DNA from: a virus
Strand: one strand, 5' to 3'
IMG/VR virus record: IMGVR_UViG_3300025162_000024
Location: 60,319-124,318 of that record
DNA length: 64,000 nt
The notes below the pieces were generated by a model that searched no databases, had not been told where the DNA came from, and saw nothing but the letters and a program-made list of their open reading frames with translations. A program made the translations under genes and the position numbers. Shown here one piece after another: positions 27,813 to 36,779 of the stretch (position 1 is its first letter; every line of letters begins with the position of its first letter).

Positions 27813-29114
27813 TTACTTCTTCAAGCTCGCTTCGAGCTTCCAGAGGTCAAGAAGCTTATGAGCGTCCTCGGCCGAGATCAGCTTGCAGCACCGCTGGCAG
27901 TTCCTGGTCAGGTAGGACTCCTCGACAGCGTTACTTGTGCCACTCAGGCACCACTTCGCATAGAACATATTGCCAGGATACTTCCGCAGCTCTGTCGACC
28001 CGTGATAGTACCAGCGCTCCTCTGGCTTCTTCCAGCTCTCGATAAGCCTACGAGCCTCTTCGGCCGTCACCCGCTTGCAGCAGGTGAGAGCGGTTACCGC
28101 TTTCTCCTCTGCGAACGCGTCGAACCCGCCCGTGCAGTTCTTGGAATAGAACTTCTTGGACGGGAACAGCCAAAGGCAGTTGTCTGTGGAGCACAGATAC
28201 CAGCGTTCCTCGGGCTCCGCCTTCTTCGGCTGCCAGCTCTCGAGGAGCTTATGTGCCTCGTCAACCGAGATTCGATCGTTGGGATATAGCGAGTCCTCGG
28301 TCTCGATGGCGTAGACCGGCTCTCCCTTGGGGATACAGCAGCTGTAGAATATGCCAGCCGGGTACACCCGTAGACATCCGCAGGACTTGTACCAGCGTTC
28401 GGTGGGCTCCGCTTTCTTCACCTTCTCAGCCTGTGCTCTAGCCCACCCGGCGATCATCTCGCGGGCCTTGGCCGGAGATACACGCTGGTTCTTCCACGTG
28501 GTGATAAGCGACCGCTCATCCGAACTGTTAGAATAGCCCTCGGGGGTAGCTGCATCGTATGTCTTCTGCTCTGGGAACGACCGCAGACTGAGCTTTCCCG
28601 ACCACTCTGAGGTGTCCAGAAGCCACCGCTCTGGCTGGGACGCCCACCAGCCTTCGATCTTCTCAAGAGCCTCTTTCTCGGAGATGCTCTCGTAGTTCAG
28701 AGTGATCAGACCTTCCTCAGTGGACGCGGCGTATAACCCGGCTGGCGTGCCCTTCGTGTGACAGATCTTTGAAGGGTAGGTCCAGAGAGCCCCGTTCCCA
28801 GTGTACCACCGGGAAACCCCCTGGAGGGTCCATGCGGCGATGATCCTGGTGGCCTGTTCGGACGTAACCTCTTTATGGCTTGATTGCACCTGTTGCTCGG
28901 TGTTAGTCTCTGGATGTGCGCTGGGAGCGGTCCGCGTATACTTCATGGCCTTCGGATAAACCCAGAGGATCCCGTCGCTTGTGTCCAGATACCAACGGGG
29001 CTCTTCTCGGGCCTCTTTGGCCTTTTTACAGCCATCGATGATCTTCTGGGCCTCGGCCGACGAGTCCTGATACCGATGAACGTTATCCACGTATTTGTAA
29101 GCTTCCTGAACCAT
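27813..29114 (-). CDS. RWY-repeat family protein (6 repeats)
   Basis: AAAGGAG SD; six tandem units. Confidence 0.9.
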   Translation of the reverse strand: MVQEAYKYVDNVHRYQDSSAEAQKIIDGCKKAKEAREEPRWYLDTSDGILWVYPKAMKYTRTAPSAHPETNTEQQVQSSHKEVTSEQATRIIAAWTLQGVSRWYTGNGALWTYPSKICHTKGTPAGLYAASTEEGLITLNYESISEKEALEKIEGWWASQPERWLLDTSEWSGKLSLRSFPEQKTYDAATPEGYSNSSDERSLITTWKNQRVSPAKAREMIAGWARAQAEKVKKAEPTERWYKSCGCLRVYPAGIFYSCCIPKGEPVYAIETEDSLYPNDRISVDEAHKLLESWQPKKAEPEERWYLCSTDNCLWLFPSKKFYSKNCTGGFDAFAEEKAVTALTCCKRVTAEEARRLIESWKKPEERWYYHGSTELRKYPGNMFYAKWCLSGTSNAVEESYLTRNCQRCCKLISAEDAHKLLDLWKLEASLKK

Positions 29115-29115
29115 G

Positions 29116-29643
29116 CTAAGCTCCTTTCACACGAACAATCCAATTGCCGGCCGACACGACTTCTGGAACACCCAGAACCTCTTGTACGGCTTTCATCACT
29201 CCGGGCCAGCCCTCTACGTAATCGTGGCCCCCGATATACCCACCTGCCTTCACCTTGGGCAGCCAAAGCCCCGAATCCTGCTTGACCGCCTCGTAGGTGT
29301 GTGTCGCATCGATGTAAACAAAATCCTGGCTTCCGTCCAGGATCTTATGAGATGCCTCGAGGCTCGACATCTTCATCTTGAACACATTCTCCAACGGCTT
29401 CGTCCGCCGGTCGAAGATTGCCTCAATCTCGGCCATGGGGCAGCAGGAGGACGCCGGGTCCCCCGCATCATACCCAAGCTCCCAGCTGTCCACGGCACAC
29501 ACCGAGAGCATGTACTTGGCGAAAATACAGGTACTCCAGCCAGCATACGAGCCGACCTCGACCATCCGCCCACCCCGGACCAGATCGAGAAGTGGTTTTA
29601 AGCCATCTTCTCTCCCCGAGTCATCCATCCACGCAGTATCCAT
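29116..29643 (-). CDS. class I SAM-dependent methyltransferase (Methyltransf_24-like)
   Basis: MVEVGSYAGWST, AVDSW, DFVYIDATHTYEAVKQD, KAGGYIGGHDY. Confidence 0.88.
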   Translation of the reverse strand: MDTAWMDDSGREDGLKPLLDLVRGGRMVEVGSYAGWSTCIFAKYMLSVCAVDSWELGYDAGDPASSCCPMAEIEAIFDRRTKPLENVFKMKMSSLEASHKILDGSQDFVYIDATHTYEAVKQDSGLWLPKVKAGGYIGGHDYVEGWPGVMKAVQEVLGVPEVVSAGNWIVRVKGA

Positions 29644-29675
29644 TCACTGTCCTTTCAAATTGTTTCGTGATTATA

Positions 29676-30107
29676 TCAATCTCCTTTTACTGAGTCCTCG
29701 TAGATCTCCGCCATCGGATGTGCCTCTCTCCAGGCGGCGACCGCCCTGGCCAGTGTCGGATGCCTGGCCGAGAACTGCCCGTCTCTCTTCTTTGGGTGGA
29801 ACATGAGCTTCAGGTGTCGCATACACGGGTTTACCTCGACGCGGATCGCCATATCATGGGCTAGAAAAACCAACCTGGTCAACATGTCAAAGTCGAACGT
29901 GGATAGGCATCCATCGTCCCAGAGCAGCTCTTGCCAGATGGGATTGGCCCAATCGACTTTAGCCAGGTGCTTCTCCTGAATGTGATGCAGGCCTACCCAT
30001 CGGTCCAGAAGGTCGGCCACCCTGAGCCCTGATTCGCTAGGGGATCGGCCGACCTTTAGGCACCGCTTGACATGAGAAAGTACTCTGGTCATTCGAGGCT
30101 CGAGCAT
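29676..30107 (-). CDS. phage hypothetical protein
   Basis: GLHH...LSTFDFD.LTRLVFLAHD.AIRVE...RHPTL. Confidence 0.75.
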   Translation of the reverse strand: MLEPRMTRVLSHVKRCLKVGRSPSESGLRVADLLDRWVGLHHIQEKHLAKVDWANPIWQELLWDDGCLSTFDFDMLTRLVFLAHDMAIRVEVNPCMRHLKLMFHPKKRDGQFSARHPTLARAVAAWREAHPMAEIYEDSVKGD

Positions 30108-31489
30108 CAGCGAGACCTCAGGTTGTGCTCAAACCGCCAGTTCTCCAGAAGCTTGAGGGCCTCGTCCTGGGTCACTTTTCGATAAGAGCCACACTGAGTT
30201 GCAGTCTCGTCCATCCCGGTCGGCGACCCATCTGGCTGCGAGTAGGCATATCGCATGCCGGCCGGATACTTGAACAGACTGCCCAGCGAGTGCAGATACC
30301 AGCGGGGCTCCTCGGGCTGTACTGCAGACCGGACGAAGATCACCTGGTTATTGCCACAGTGGAACGTTTTGGCAACAGGACTAACCCAGGGACCCTGGCA
30401 GGTGCTGAGGAACGTGCATCCCGCACACTTCCACCGAGCGTACTGAGGGCCTGAGGTGGGCTCGGGCCGTGTCTCGTACTGAACACCGTCGATGATCCCG
30501 GTCCATTTGGGCTTGGCCTCAGCCTCTCTCTTGGCCTTTTCCTCGTCCCACTTGGCAATCATCTCCCGAGCCTTCTCAGTGGTCACCCGGTGGGCTGTGG
30601 ACTCGGCTACCCCCTTCACCCAGTTAGATTCCGGGACCGTGATCGTATCACCCTCAGGCTTGAGCGAACTGTAGAAGATGGCCGCCGGATACGCCACGAG
30701 ACTATAGGACGTAGCATACCACCGCACATCCTGCTTCATCCAGAGCCCTTCCCTGAGCTGGTCTGCCTGCTTAGAATCGATCCGGACGATGCCTCCCTGC
30801 AGGATGTACGACTCTTCGGATGCTGAGGCCTTGGCCCCCTCAGGATTGCCAGTATAGACCCGGGAGGCCGGAAACTGCCCAAACCAGGCGATCCGCTCGC
30901 TCTTGTACCAGCGTTCGACAGTCGGCTGGCTCTTGGCCTCGGTCCACGCCCTGATCAGCATCTGAGCCGTTTTGGCCGGGATCAACTTGGTCGTAGATAG
31001 GAGCTTTACTCTCTCCTCAGACTCTAAGGATACATCGGCCTCGGGGAACATCGCTGTGTACACCTTATGCGCTGGATACTCTCTGAGCAGCTCGCCGTCG
31101 TCCGTGTAGTACCAGCGGGACGTCTCCTTCCGCCAGCCATCCAGGATCCGGATGACCGTGTCATATGAGATCTCTTCGTCAGTCCCGCTCACGAATGATT
31201 CGATGGCCGTAGCCGGATACCCCTTAGGATCGCTCCGGGTATAGCACGTAGCCTGGGGATATACCCTGAGCAGCTCGCCGTCCGGTGATCGGTACCAGCG
31301 GTAACCCTCAGGCTTGGCCGGGGCCAGGACCTCTCGAGCCACCTGGTACATGAGACTGACCTCAGCAGCGGCCAGCTTCTGGTATCCCTCGAACTCTGTG
31401 AGATCCCCGGACTCCACCCTCGTCCCGAGATTGGCATAGGTGTTGGTCAAAACCTGAACCTTCATCTGATCCACTGATCCATTAGACAT
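30107..31489 (-). CDS. RWY-repeat family protein (5 repeats + Cys-rich IDGV-YE domain)
   Basis: AAGGAG SD; repeats plus WTGIIDGVQYE...WKCAGC. Confidence 0.9.
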   Translation of the reverse strand: MSNGSVDQMKVQVLTNTYANLGTRVESGDLTEFEGYQKLAAAEVSLMYQVAREVLAPAKPEGYRWYRSPDGELLRVYPQATCYTRSDPKGYPATAIESFVSGTDEEISYDTVIRILDGWRKETSRWYYTDDGELLREYPAHKVYTAMFPEADVSLESEERVKLLSTTKLIPAKTAQMLIRAWTEAKSQPTVERWYKSERIAWFGQFPASRVYTGNPEGAKASASEESYILQGGIVRIDSKQADQLREGLWMKQDVRWYATSYSLVAYPAAIFYSSLKPEGDTITVPESNWVKGVAESTAHRVTTEKAREMIAKWDEEKAKREAEAKPKWTGIIDGVQYETRPEPTSGPQYARWKCAGCTFLSTCQGPWVSPVAKTFHCGNNQVIFVRSAVQPEEPRWYLHSLGSLFKYPAGMRYAYSQPDGSPTGMDETATQCGSYRKVTQDEALKLLENWRFEHNLRSR

Positions 31490-31545
31490 CGCAAACTCCT
31501 TTAGGACAAAGACTTATAGTTGCCTTCAGAACACCTGGAGGCCTG

Positions 31546-31878
31546 CTAACTGCAGTAGGCAGGCCTCGTGGCCTCTTCTCCCTGCCCAACCCGCTCAGCG
31601 ACACACTCAGGGCACCTCTGATACTCTCCGTGCTCCGGTGTAAACCGTTTCCGGCATATGGAGCATCCACGGGCACCGCGGACAACGTCAATCGCTGACC
31701 TCAAGGCAGCCAAGAACTCGGGGTGAACCAGGGTGTCATACCTGTCTAACTTGAAGCCACCATTATACTTAGAGATCAAACAGTAGGCTTCTCCAGAGGT
31801 GACCTCGACTACCCCATTGTCGTATACAGTTACCTGGGCTATCCCGATAACCCGCGGAAGACCTTTCAAGTCCATCAA
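31546..31878 (-). CDS. hypothetical protein with C-terminal zinc ribbon
   Basis: GGAGGAG SD; CSIC...CPEC. Confidence 0.65.
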   Translation of the reverse strand: MMDLKGLPRVIGIAQVTVYDNGVVEVTSGEAYCLISKYNGGFKLDRYDTLVHPEFLAALRSAIDVVRGARGCSICRKRFTPEHGEYQRCPECVAERVGQGEEATRPAYCS

Positions 31879-31928
31879 ACTCCTCCAATCAGTTAAATGA
31901 AGTCCATAGACAGGATCAAGACCCTGAC

Positions 31929-32204
31929 TAATGATGGCGTTTACGCCTTTCTATCTTCGATAGAAAGAGTAATACGAAGAAAGAGAAGAAGAGGAGGAAG
32001 GGAAAGAAGACAGAGAAATAAAGAAGTAAATCCATATTGTAGCAACATCTCGTTAAGATATTGGAAAAGCGGAAATGACCAACTTGCAAGTCGGTCACCA
32101 GGCACGGACTTGGTCTCTTCTCTTCTCTTTCTTTTCTTCCTCTTCTTCTCTTTCTTCGTATTACTCTTTCTATCGAAGATAGAAAGGCGTAAACGCCATC
32201 ATTA
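31929..32204. repeat. 67-bp perfect inverted repeat with 142-bp spacer (candidate replication origin)
   Basis: arms 31929-31995 and 32138-32204 are exact reverse complements. Confidence 0.9.
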
Positions 32205-32226
32205 TTGGGCAGTTGCGCTGCTCTAC

Positions 32227-33108
32227 CTACTCAGGTTGACCTTCAATGGTCTCTGGGGATAGAGATGGACTTGGGAGAGCCTTGGACTTGGGAATGCTCT
32301 TTATCCCGAGGATTGGATCAAATCTGCGGTCTCCTTTTACGCCTATGCCACGTATGGCTTGGGCTATTCCAAACCGGGTAGCGAGCTTGGCTGGATCGAG
32401 CTTCTCGTCCAGGAACAGGTTGTTGACGTATGGCTCGTACTTGCTATTGAGTCCTACCAGAGGCTGGTCGTGGGTGATGAACAGGTACAGAGCGTGGCGT
32501 GTCTCTCCGAGCTTGACGTATACGGAGTACCCTTCTGCCTCTCGTCCCAGGTTCCTCCTGAGCCATTGGCCCATGTTGTTACGGCCCTTGGCTAGGTCAG
32601 CGACGGTCTCGAACTCTAAGCCTATGGTTGACATAAGCTTACGCTCGAAACCCGCTGATCCCCAGGTGCGCCATGCCCTGCTAAGCTCAAAGACAGAACA
32701 GAACAGGCACTCTCGGTACTTGCACCTATGGAGCTTTACGGCCTCGGATCGTCCGCCGTTCTTTGTACGCTTCCTATGGGCTGCCCTCGCTATCTGCCGA
32801 TAATTAGGGCAGAAGAGCAGGCCTTTGAAGTGAGGGTCCATGGGCGTCTTGTTCAACTCCAGGTTACGCTTTGCAGCCTCTGCTCTCCCCCGGAGATTGT
32901 CCATGTACGCATGAACAGCTCTCAGTTTGATCTTCCAATGACTATCTGGTTCCGGGTCGGTCGGAGGCTGTTGTCCGGCCAGCTCCTTGTACTGGGCCTC
33001 ATACGTAACGTTCCATCTGGCTCTCTTCCAAACTAAGCGACGTTTGTCCTTCTCACGCTTGACTTCTTTGCCCAGTTGGCTGAGGACCGCCCTCTTCTCT
33101 TTGCTCAT
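32227..33108 (-). CDS. basic Zn-binding protein, Rep/HUH-like (putative origin-binding)
   Basis: AAAGGA SD before MSKEKR; C...RCKYRECLFC motif. Confidence 0.55.
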   Translation of the reverse strand: MSKEKRAVLSQLGKEVKREKDKRRLVWKRARWNVTYEAQYKELAGQQPPTDPEPDSHWKIKLRAVHAYMDNLRGRAEAAKRNLELNKTPMDPHFKGLLFCPNYRQIARAAHRKRTKNGGRSEAVKLHRCKYRECLFCSVFELSRAWRTWGSAGFERKLMSTIGLEFETVADLAKGRNNMGQWLRRNLGREAEGYSVYVKLGETRHALYLFITHDQPLVGLNSKYEPYVNNLFLDEKLDPAKLATRFGIAQAIRGIGVKGDRRFDPILGIKSIPKSKALPSPSLSPETIEGQPE

Positions 33109-33183
33109 CCGACTTCCTTTCACAAATGGTAGAGGGGCGACCTGGGCAATCCCAGGCCGCCCCAAATAGTGTCTACCTGTCTC

Positions 33184-33519
33184 TCATCGACCCAGCTGCA
33201 GACGGGGGCTGGCGGCTAGGACTGGCCTGCCACAGACGATCGAGGTGATCCTGGGGGCTCGACGCCCCTCAAGCCTCCGCCTCTCTCTGAGTTCGTCCTG
33301 TAGCCTTTGCTGAAGGGCCAATCCCTCCTCAATCCCCTGCGCATAGGACTTCTCCCAGCTCCAATCTGCTATACTGCTAGTGGCCTTGGCCGTCGGTGTC
33401 AGCTGTGTCTCTTTCTGCGTGAGCAGGTCACGGACCTGTCCGCAGATAGTAGAGAACAGCTTGACCCCCTGGCCGACGCCGTAGATCACTGGGTCCAGAG
33501 AGGACTCCGGGTAGCTCAT
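33184..33519 (-). CDS. hypothetical protein
   Basis: GGAG 5 nt before ATG (MSYPESS). Confidence 0.55.
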   Translation of the reverse strand: MSYPESSLDPVIYGVGQGVKLFSTICGQVRDLLTQKETQLTPTAKATSSIADWSWEKSYAQGIEEGLALQQRLQDELRERRRLEGRRAPRITSIVCGRPVLAASPRLQLGR

Positions 33520-35434
33520 GCAGACTCCAATAGTGCCGCCAGCCTCGGGTAGGAACTTAGTACCCGACCTGCTCCGTGTGTTGACGGCGGCCAGCACAGA
33601 GCTCGGCCAGGCACAGGGAAACGCTTATGCGACGTCCGTGGCCGTCGGTAATCTGTATCGATCCATTGGATCTTTGCGTCTCCCGAATATAGCCCCTGTA
33701 CTCCCCTTGCTCATGTCAATCAAGGGCAAGCCAATGTCCCTCACCTCGCGGTTCCCGTTTGAGGTGCTGTTCAAGATGGTGGGGGTGCCCAGGAGACTGA
33801 CGCTGGTCACAGGACGTCAGGTCTCGAAAACGACAAGCATCTTCTCGTCTGAGATAGTGACCAGGAGCCTGCCGAACCCTTATTTCAACTCAGCATTCGT
33901 CCAACCGCAGTTCGACCAGATCCGCAGGTTCTCTACCACTGTAGCCCGCCCGATGCTCCTTGATTCTCCTATACGATCAATGATCGTCGGGGACTCTGTG
34001 GTAGCCGCTGGCAACGTGCTGCAAAGGACACTGAAGAATGGGTCGAACATATTCTTTACGTTTGGCGGTGTGGATACCGAGCGCAATCGTGGTATGCCCC
34101 TGGACAGCCTGATCATGGACGAGGCCCAGGATTTCAGTGTGGACGCTGCCGAGATCCTTGAGGCGTGTCTGGACGCTTCGGACTGGAAACTGATCAGAAA
34201 CAGTGGAACTCCCAAGACCGAGTCCACCTTCCTCCACAACCGGTGGATGGACAGCTCCCAGGCCCAGTGGACGATCCCCTGCTCCTGCGGGTATACGAAC
34301 ACCTGCTGCCGGGCCCTGGACATGGATCAGATGATCCAGCCAAAGGGCCTCTCTTGCCGGAAGTGCGGGGCTATCGTCAACCCTAGGCTGGGGCATTGGC
34401 AGCATATGGTGACCGGCGGAAACCGCCTGACGTTCCATCATGGGTATCACATCCCTCAGACTATCATGCCCATGCATTGCGAGAGGCCCTATGAATGGCG
34501 GATGATCCTCGCCAAGAAATCAGGAACCTCTCAGGTCACGTACGTCAACGAATGCCTTGGAGAAGCTGTAGGGGTCAGCCAGGGCCTGATCACCGAGCAG
34601 CAGCTCCAGGCGGCCGCGGTCCTCCCCTGGAACAACCGCCTGGAAGAGGCGGTCCCGCTACGTAACAAGTACTCGTTCCGCGTGCTGGCCGTGGACTGGG
34701 GCGGCGGGGGTGCCGGCCAGGTCCGGTACCGCAACGGGCGTATCACGGTCCAGAACGGTACGTGCTCATTTACCCATGTGGCTATCCTCGGGTTCCTCCC
34801 CTACAGCCTGATCCCGCACGTCCTGTACGCTGAGAGATTCCCGATCGAGCTGGACGAAGTGGACGAAGTGGGCCGCGTCCTTCGCCTGTACGCCTCGTTC
34901 AACTGTGACCTGCTCTCCCATGACTTCGGGGGGTCCGGAGGCGTACGAGATACGATCATCCTCCGCAATGGGTTCCCCGCCAACCGGTTGTTCCCCTGCC
35001 TGTACGTAGCTTCCAGGAACAAGATCCTCGTGTACAAGCACGAGTCGGACAACGTCGATGGCCGGATGTATTACGGAGTGGACAAAGCCCGATTGCTGCG
35101 GCTGATGTGCATGGCGATCCGGACCCAGCCGACGGTCAACGGCGGACATTTCCCCCGCTGGGAGAGCTCCAGGACCTCGGTAAGCGACTACCTGGCCCTG
35201 CTCCCAAACCGCCACTCCTCGGAGTCCGGTGCCGAAGTAACCACGATCATCCGTGATCCGACGAAGCCCGATGACTTCGCGAATGCCCACGCATACGGGT
35301 GCGCCGCCTACTGGTTCACCCGCCAGCAGTACCCCGATTTTGCCCCTGAACTGGTCTTCCCCCAAGGATCGGCCATGCAAGCGGTGCTCACCCCGGACTA
35401 CGGGGCGGGACTCGCCGGATGGGATCCAGGATAG
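33518..35434 (+). CDS. terL: terminase large subunit (GpA-like)
   Basis: Walker A TGRQVSKTT, RGMPLD.LIMDEAQD, SGTPKT, CxC/CxxC zinc motif, NECLG, nuclease AVDWGGG, PDDFA.A. Confidence 0.88.
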   Translation: MQTPIVPPASGRNLVPDLLRVLTAASTELGQAQGNAYATSVAVGNLYRSIGSLRLPNIAPVLPLLMSIKGKPMSLTSRFPFEVLFKMVGVPRRLTLVTGRQVSKTTSIFSSEIVTRSLPNPYFNSAFVQPQFDQIRRFSTTVARPMLLDSPIRSMIVGDSVVAAGNVLQRTLKNGSNIFFTFGGVDTERNRGMPLDSLIMDEAQDFSVDAAEILEACLDASDWKLIRNSGTPKTESTFLHNRWMDSSQAQWTIPCSCGYTNTCCRALDMDQMIQPKGLSCRKCGAIVNPRLGHWQHMVTGGNRLTFHHGYHIPQTIMPMHCERPYEWRMILAKKSGTSQVTYVNECLGEAVGVSQGLITEQQLQAAAVLPWNNRLEEAVPLRNKYSFRVLAVDWGGGGAGQVRYRNGRITVQNGTCSFTHVAILGFLPYSLIPHVLYAERFPIELDEVDEVGRVLRLYASFNCDLLSHDFGGSGGVRDTIILRNGFPANRLFPCLYVASRNKILVYKHESDNVDGRMYYGVDKARLLRLMCMAIRTQPTVNGGHFPRWESSRTSVSDYLALLPNRHSSESGAEVTTIIRDPTKPDDFANAHAYGCAAYWFTRQQYPDFAPELVFPQGSAMQAVLTPDYGAGLAGWDPG

Positions 35435-35733
35435 GCCTCGGCCGGCAGCCGATCGGCAGGCTTGGTGATCAGCGTGGTTCTCTGCTGGGAAGCGAACTGA
35501 TCTGTGGGCGTCGAGCTCACATTTGTTATGGTCAGATCAGGATGCTCCTGAGAAAACTTGCTGACCCCGGCATTGATCTGATAAGAACTCGACTCGAAGA
35601 CCCAGACGTTCGGGGCTATCTGCTTGGTCACCGGTGAGATCGATACTTTCCCAGTGATGATCGCAGCGATGATCGCGACGATCACCACTACGATCAGTAA
35701 CTCTATCAGAGTAAACGCTTTACAACTTTTCAT
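35398..35733 (-). CDS. prepilin-type N-terminal cleavage/methylation domain protein (type IV pilin-like)
   Basis: AAGGAG SD; MKSCKA|FTLIELLIVVVIVAIIAAII with Glu at +5. Confidence 0.85.
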   Translation of the reverse strand: MKSCKAFTLIELLIVVVIVAIIAAIITGKVSISPVTKQIAPNVWVFESSSYQINAGVSKFSQEHPDLTITNVSSTPTDQFASQQRTTLITKPADRLPAEAYPGSHPASPAP

Positions 35734-35754
35734 GCCATCTCCTTGGTTGAGAAC

Positions 35755-35773
35755 ATATTTCAGCGCGCTAAAA
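35755..35773. promoter_or_regulatory. palindromic motif ATATTTCAGCGCGCTAAAA, copy 2
   Basis: identical to 21319-21337; just upstream of the pilin SD. Confidence 0.55.
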
Positions 35774-35800
35774 AATTGAGCCAGGCACTAACCTGGCTTT
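35770..35800 (-). terminator. terminator-like hairpin
   Basis: AGCCAGG/CCTGGCT stem followed by CAATTTTTT on the minus strand. Confidence 0.5.
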
Positions 35801-35839
35801 GGATCAAAGTGCAGGTACTTATCAACATCTACCGACGTT

Positions 35840-36178
35840 TTAGACCAACTCCATCTCCACGTCGCACTGGTCACAAATAGGATTTCCAACCTCGGCCAGC
35901 TGCGAGTAGGACACAGCAGCCTTCCACCCACAGTCCGGACATTCCCAGGTCCGGACATACTCGACATTCTTCTCTTCTTCCGAAAGATCCTCAGGGCAGC
36001 TTAGGTAGACGGCCTTCCGGAACAGATCCCCCTTCTCGTCCGTCTCCAGCTCCTGCTCGTCGCAACCCTCCACGTCGTAATCGTGGATCTCGACCTGGAC
36101 CCCAAGCGGGATGAACCACGGATGGGCCACACCCCCCTCTACGATGATCCCTACTCTGAACTTGTTCTCATCTTCCAT
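35840..36178 (-). CDS. acidic hypothetical protein with zinc ribbon
   Basis: GAGGTG SD; IIVEGGV...IHDYD; CPDC...CDQC. Confidence 0.7.
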   Translation of the reverse strand: MEDENKFRVGIIVEGGVAHPWFIPLGVQVEIHDYDVEGCDEQELETDEKGDLFRKAVYLSCPEDLSEEEKNVEYVRTWECPDCGWKAAVSYSQLAEVGNPICDQCDVEMELV

Positions 36179-36180
36179 AC

Positions 36181-36714
36181 TCACCTCACAGTTATCCACA
36201 TATAACCGTTCCATCTGTACTGCTGGCGATCCTCGCCGCTCGCATAGACCACGATGTACCGATCTGCCGGCAGCTTTGCTGTCATCTTCTCCCAGTCGTC
36301 TTCCACCGCTTCCTGCGGAGTCCGGCCGTTCCCGTACCGGCCTTCGAGCATCCCATTACCGCCCACTTCGCGAGCGTAGGCTGAGACATACCAATCACCT
36401 GGTGCTCGCATCTCCAGGTGCGTGTTGGCCAAAGCCTTTAACGCTGCAAGTTTCTCTTCCCAAGTCATCCGAAAATCTCCTTCTTGATCCTGTCGAGCAA
36501 CTCTACGCTGCACTTTTCCACCGGTGACCAGCTCACGACAGGCGACCGGAACAGGCGAGGTGTGACCATAAATACGCGGTACAGGCCGGTCACATATGAA
36601 TCGGACATCCCCTACACCCAAGCCGCTCTCCCGGCTGACGAATACCGATCCCCAGCCTCCGCACCACTCGTACTCACGCCCGCAGGCGTAAAACCACTGC
36701 TTGACAACTTCCAT
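36181..36714 (-). CDS. hypothetical protein; strong internal start at 36468
   Basis: GGAG SD at 36714; AAGGAG SD before in-frame MTWEEKL. Confidence 0.6.
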   Translation of the reverse strand: MEVVKQWFYACGREYEWCGGWGSVFVSRESGLGVGDVRFICDRPVPRIYGHTSPVPVACRELVTGGKVQRRVARQDQEGDFRMTWEEKLAALKALANTHLEMRAPGDWYVSAYAREVGGNGMLEGRYGNGRTPQEAVEDDWEKMTAKLPADRYIVVYASGEDRQQYRWNGYMWITVR

Positions 36715-36723
36715 TTACTCTCC

Positions 36724-36762
36724 AAAAACAAGAACGCCGCGGGTGTCATCCCACGGCGTTCT
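36724..36762 (-). terminator. rho-independent terminator
   Basis: AGAACGCCG(C/T)GGG stem then TGTTTTT. Confidence 0.7.
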
Positions 36763-36779
36763 CTAGCTCTACTTTTCTA

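Noticed and set aside
5133-31489. Diversity-generating retroelement as source of RWY repeat variation
   Set aside because: No reverse transcriptase in the window and no near-identical template/variable pair differing only at adenines. Repeats differ at all base types and in length.
31897-32262. 121-aa plus-strand ORF with R/E-rich then F/L-rich segments
   Set aside because: Its composition is just the translation of the GA and TC arms of the inverted repeat.
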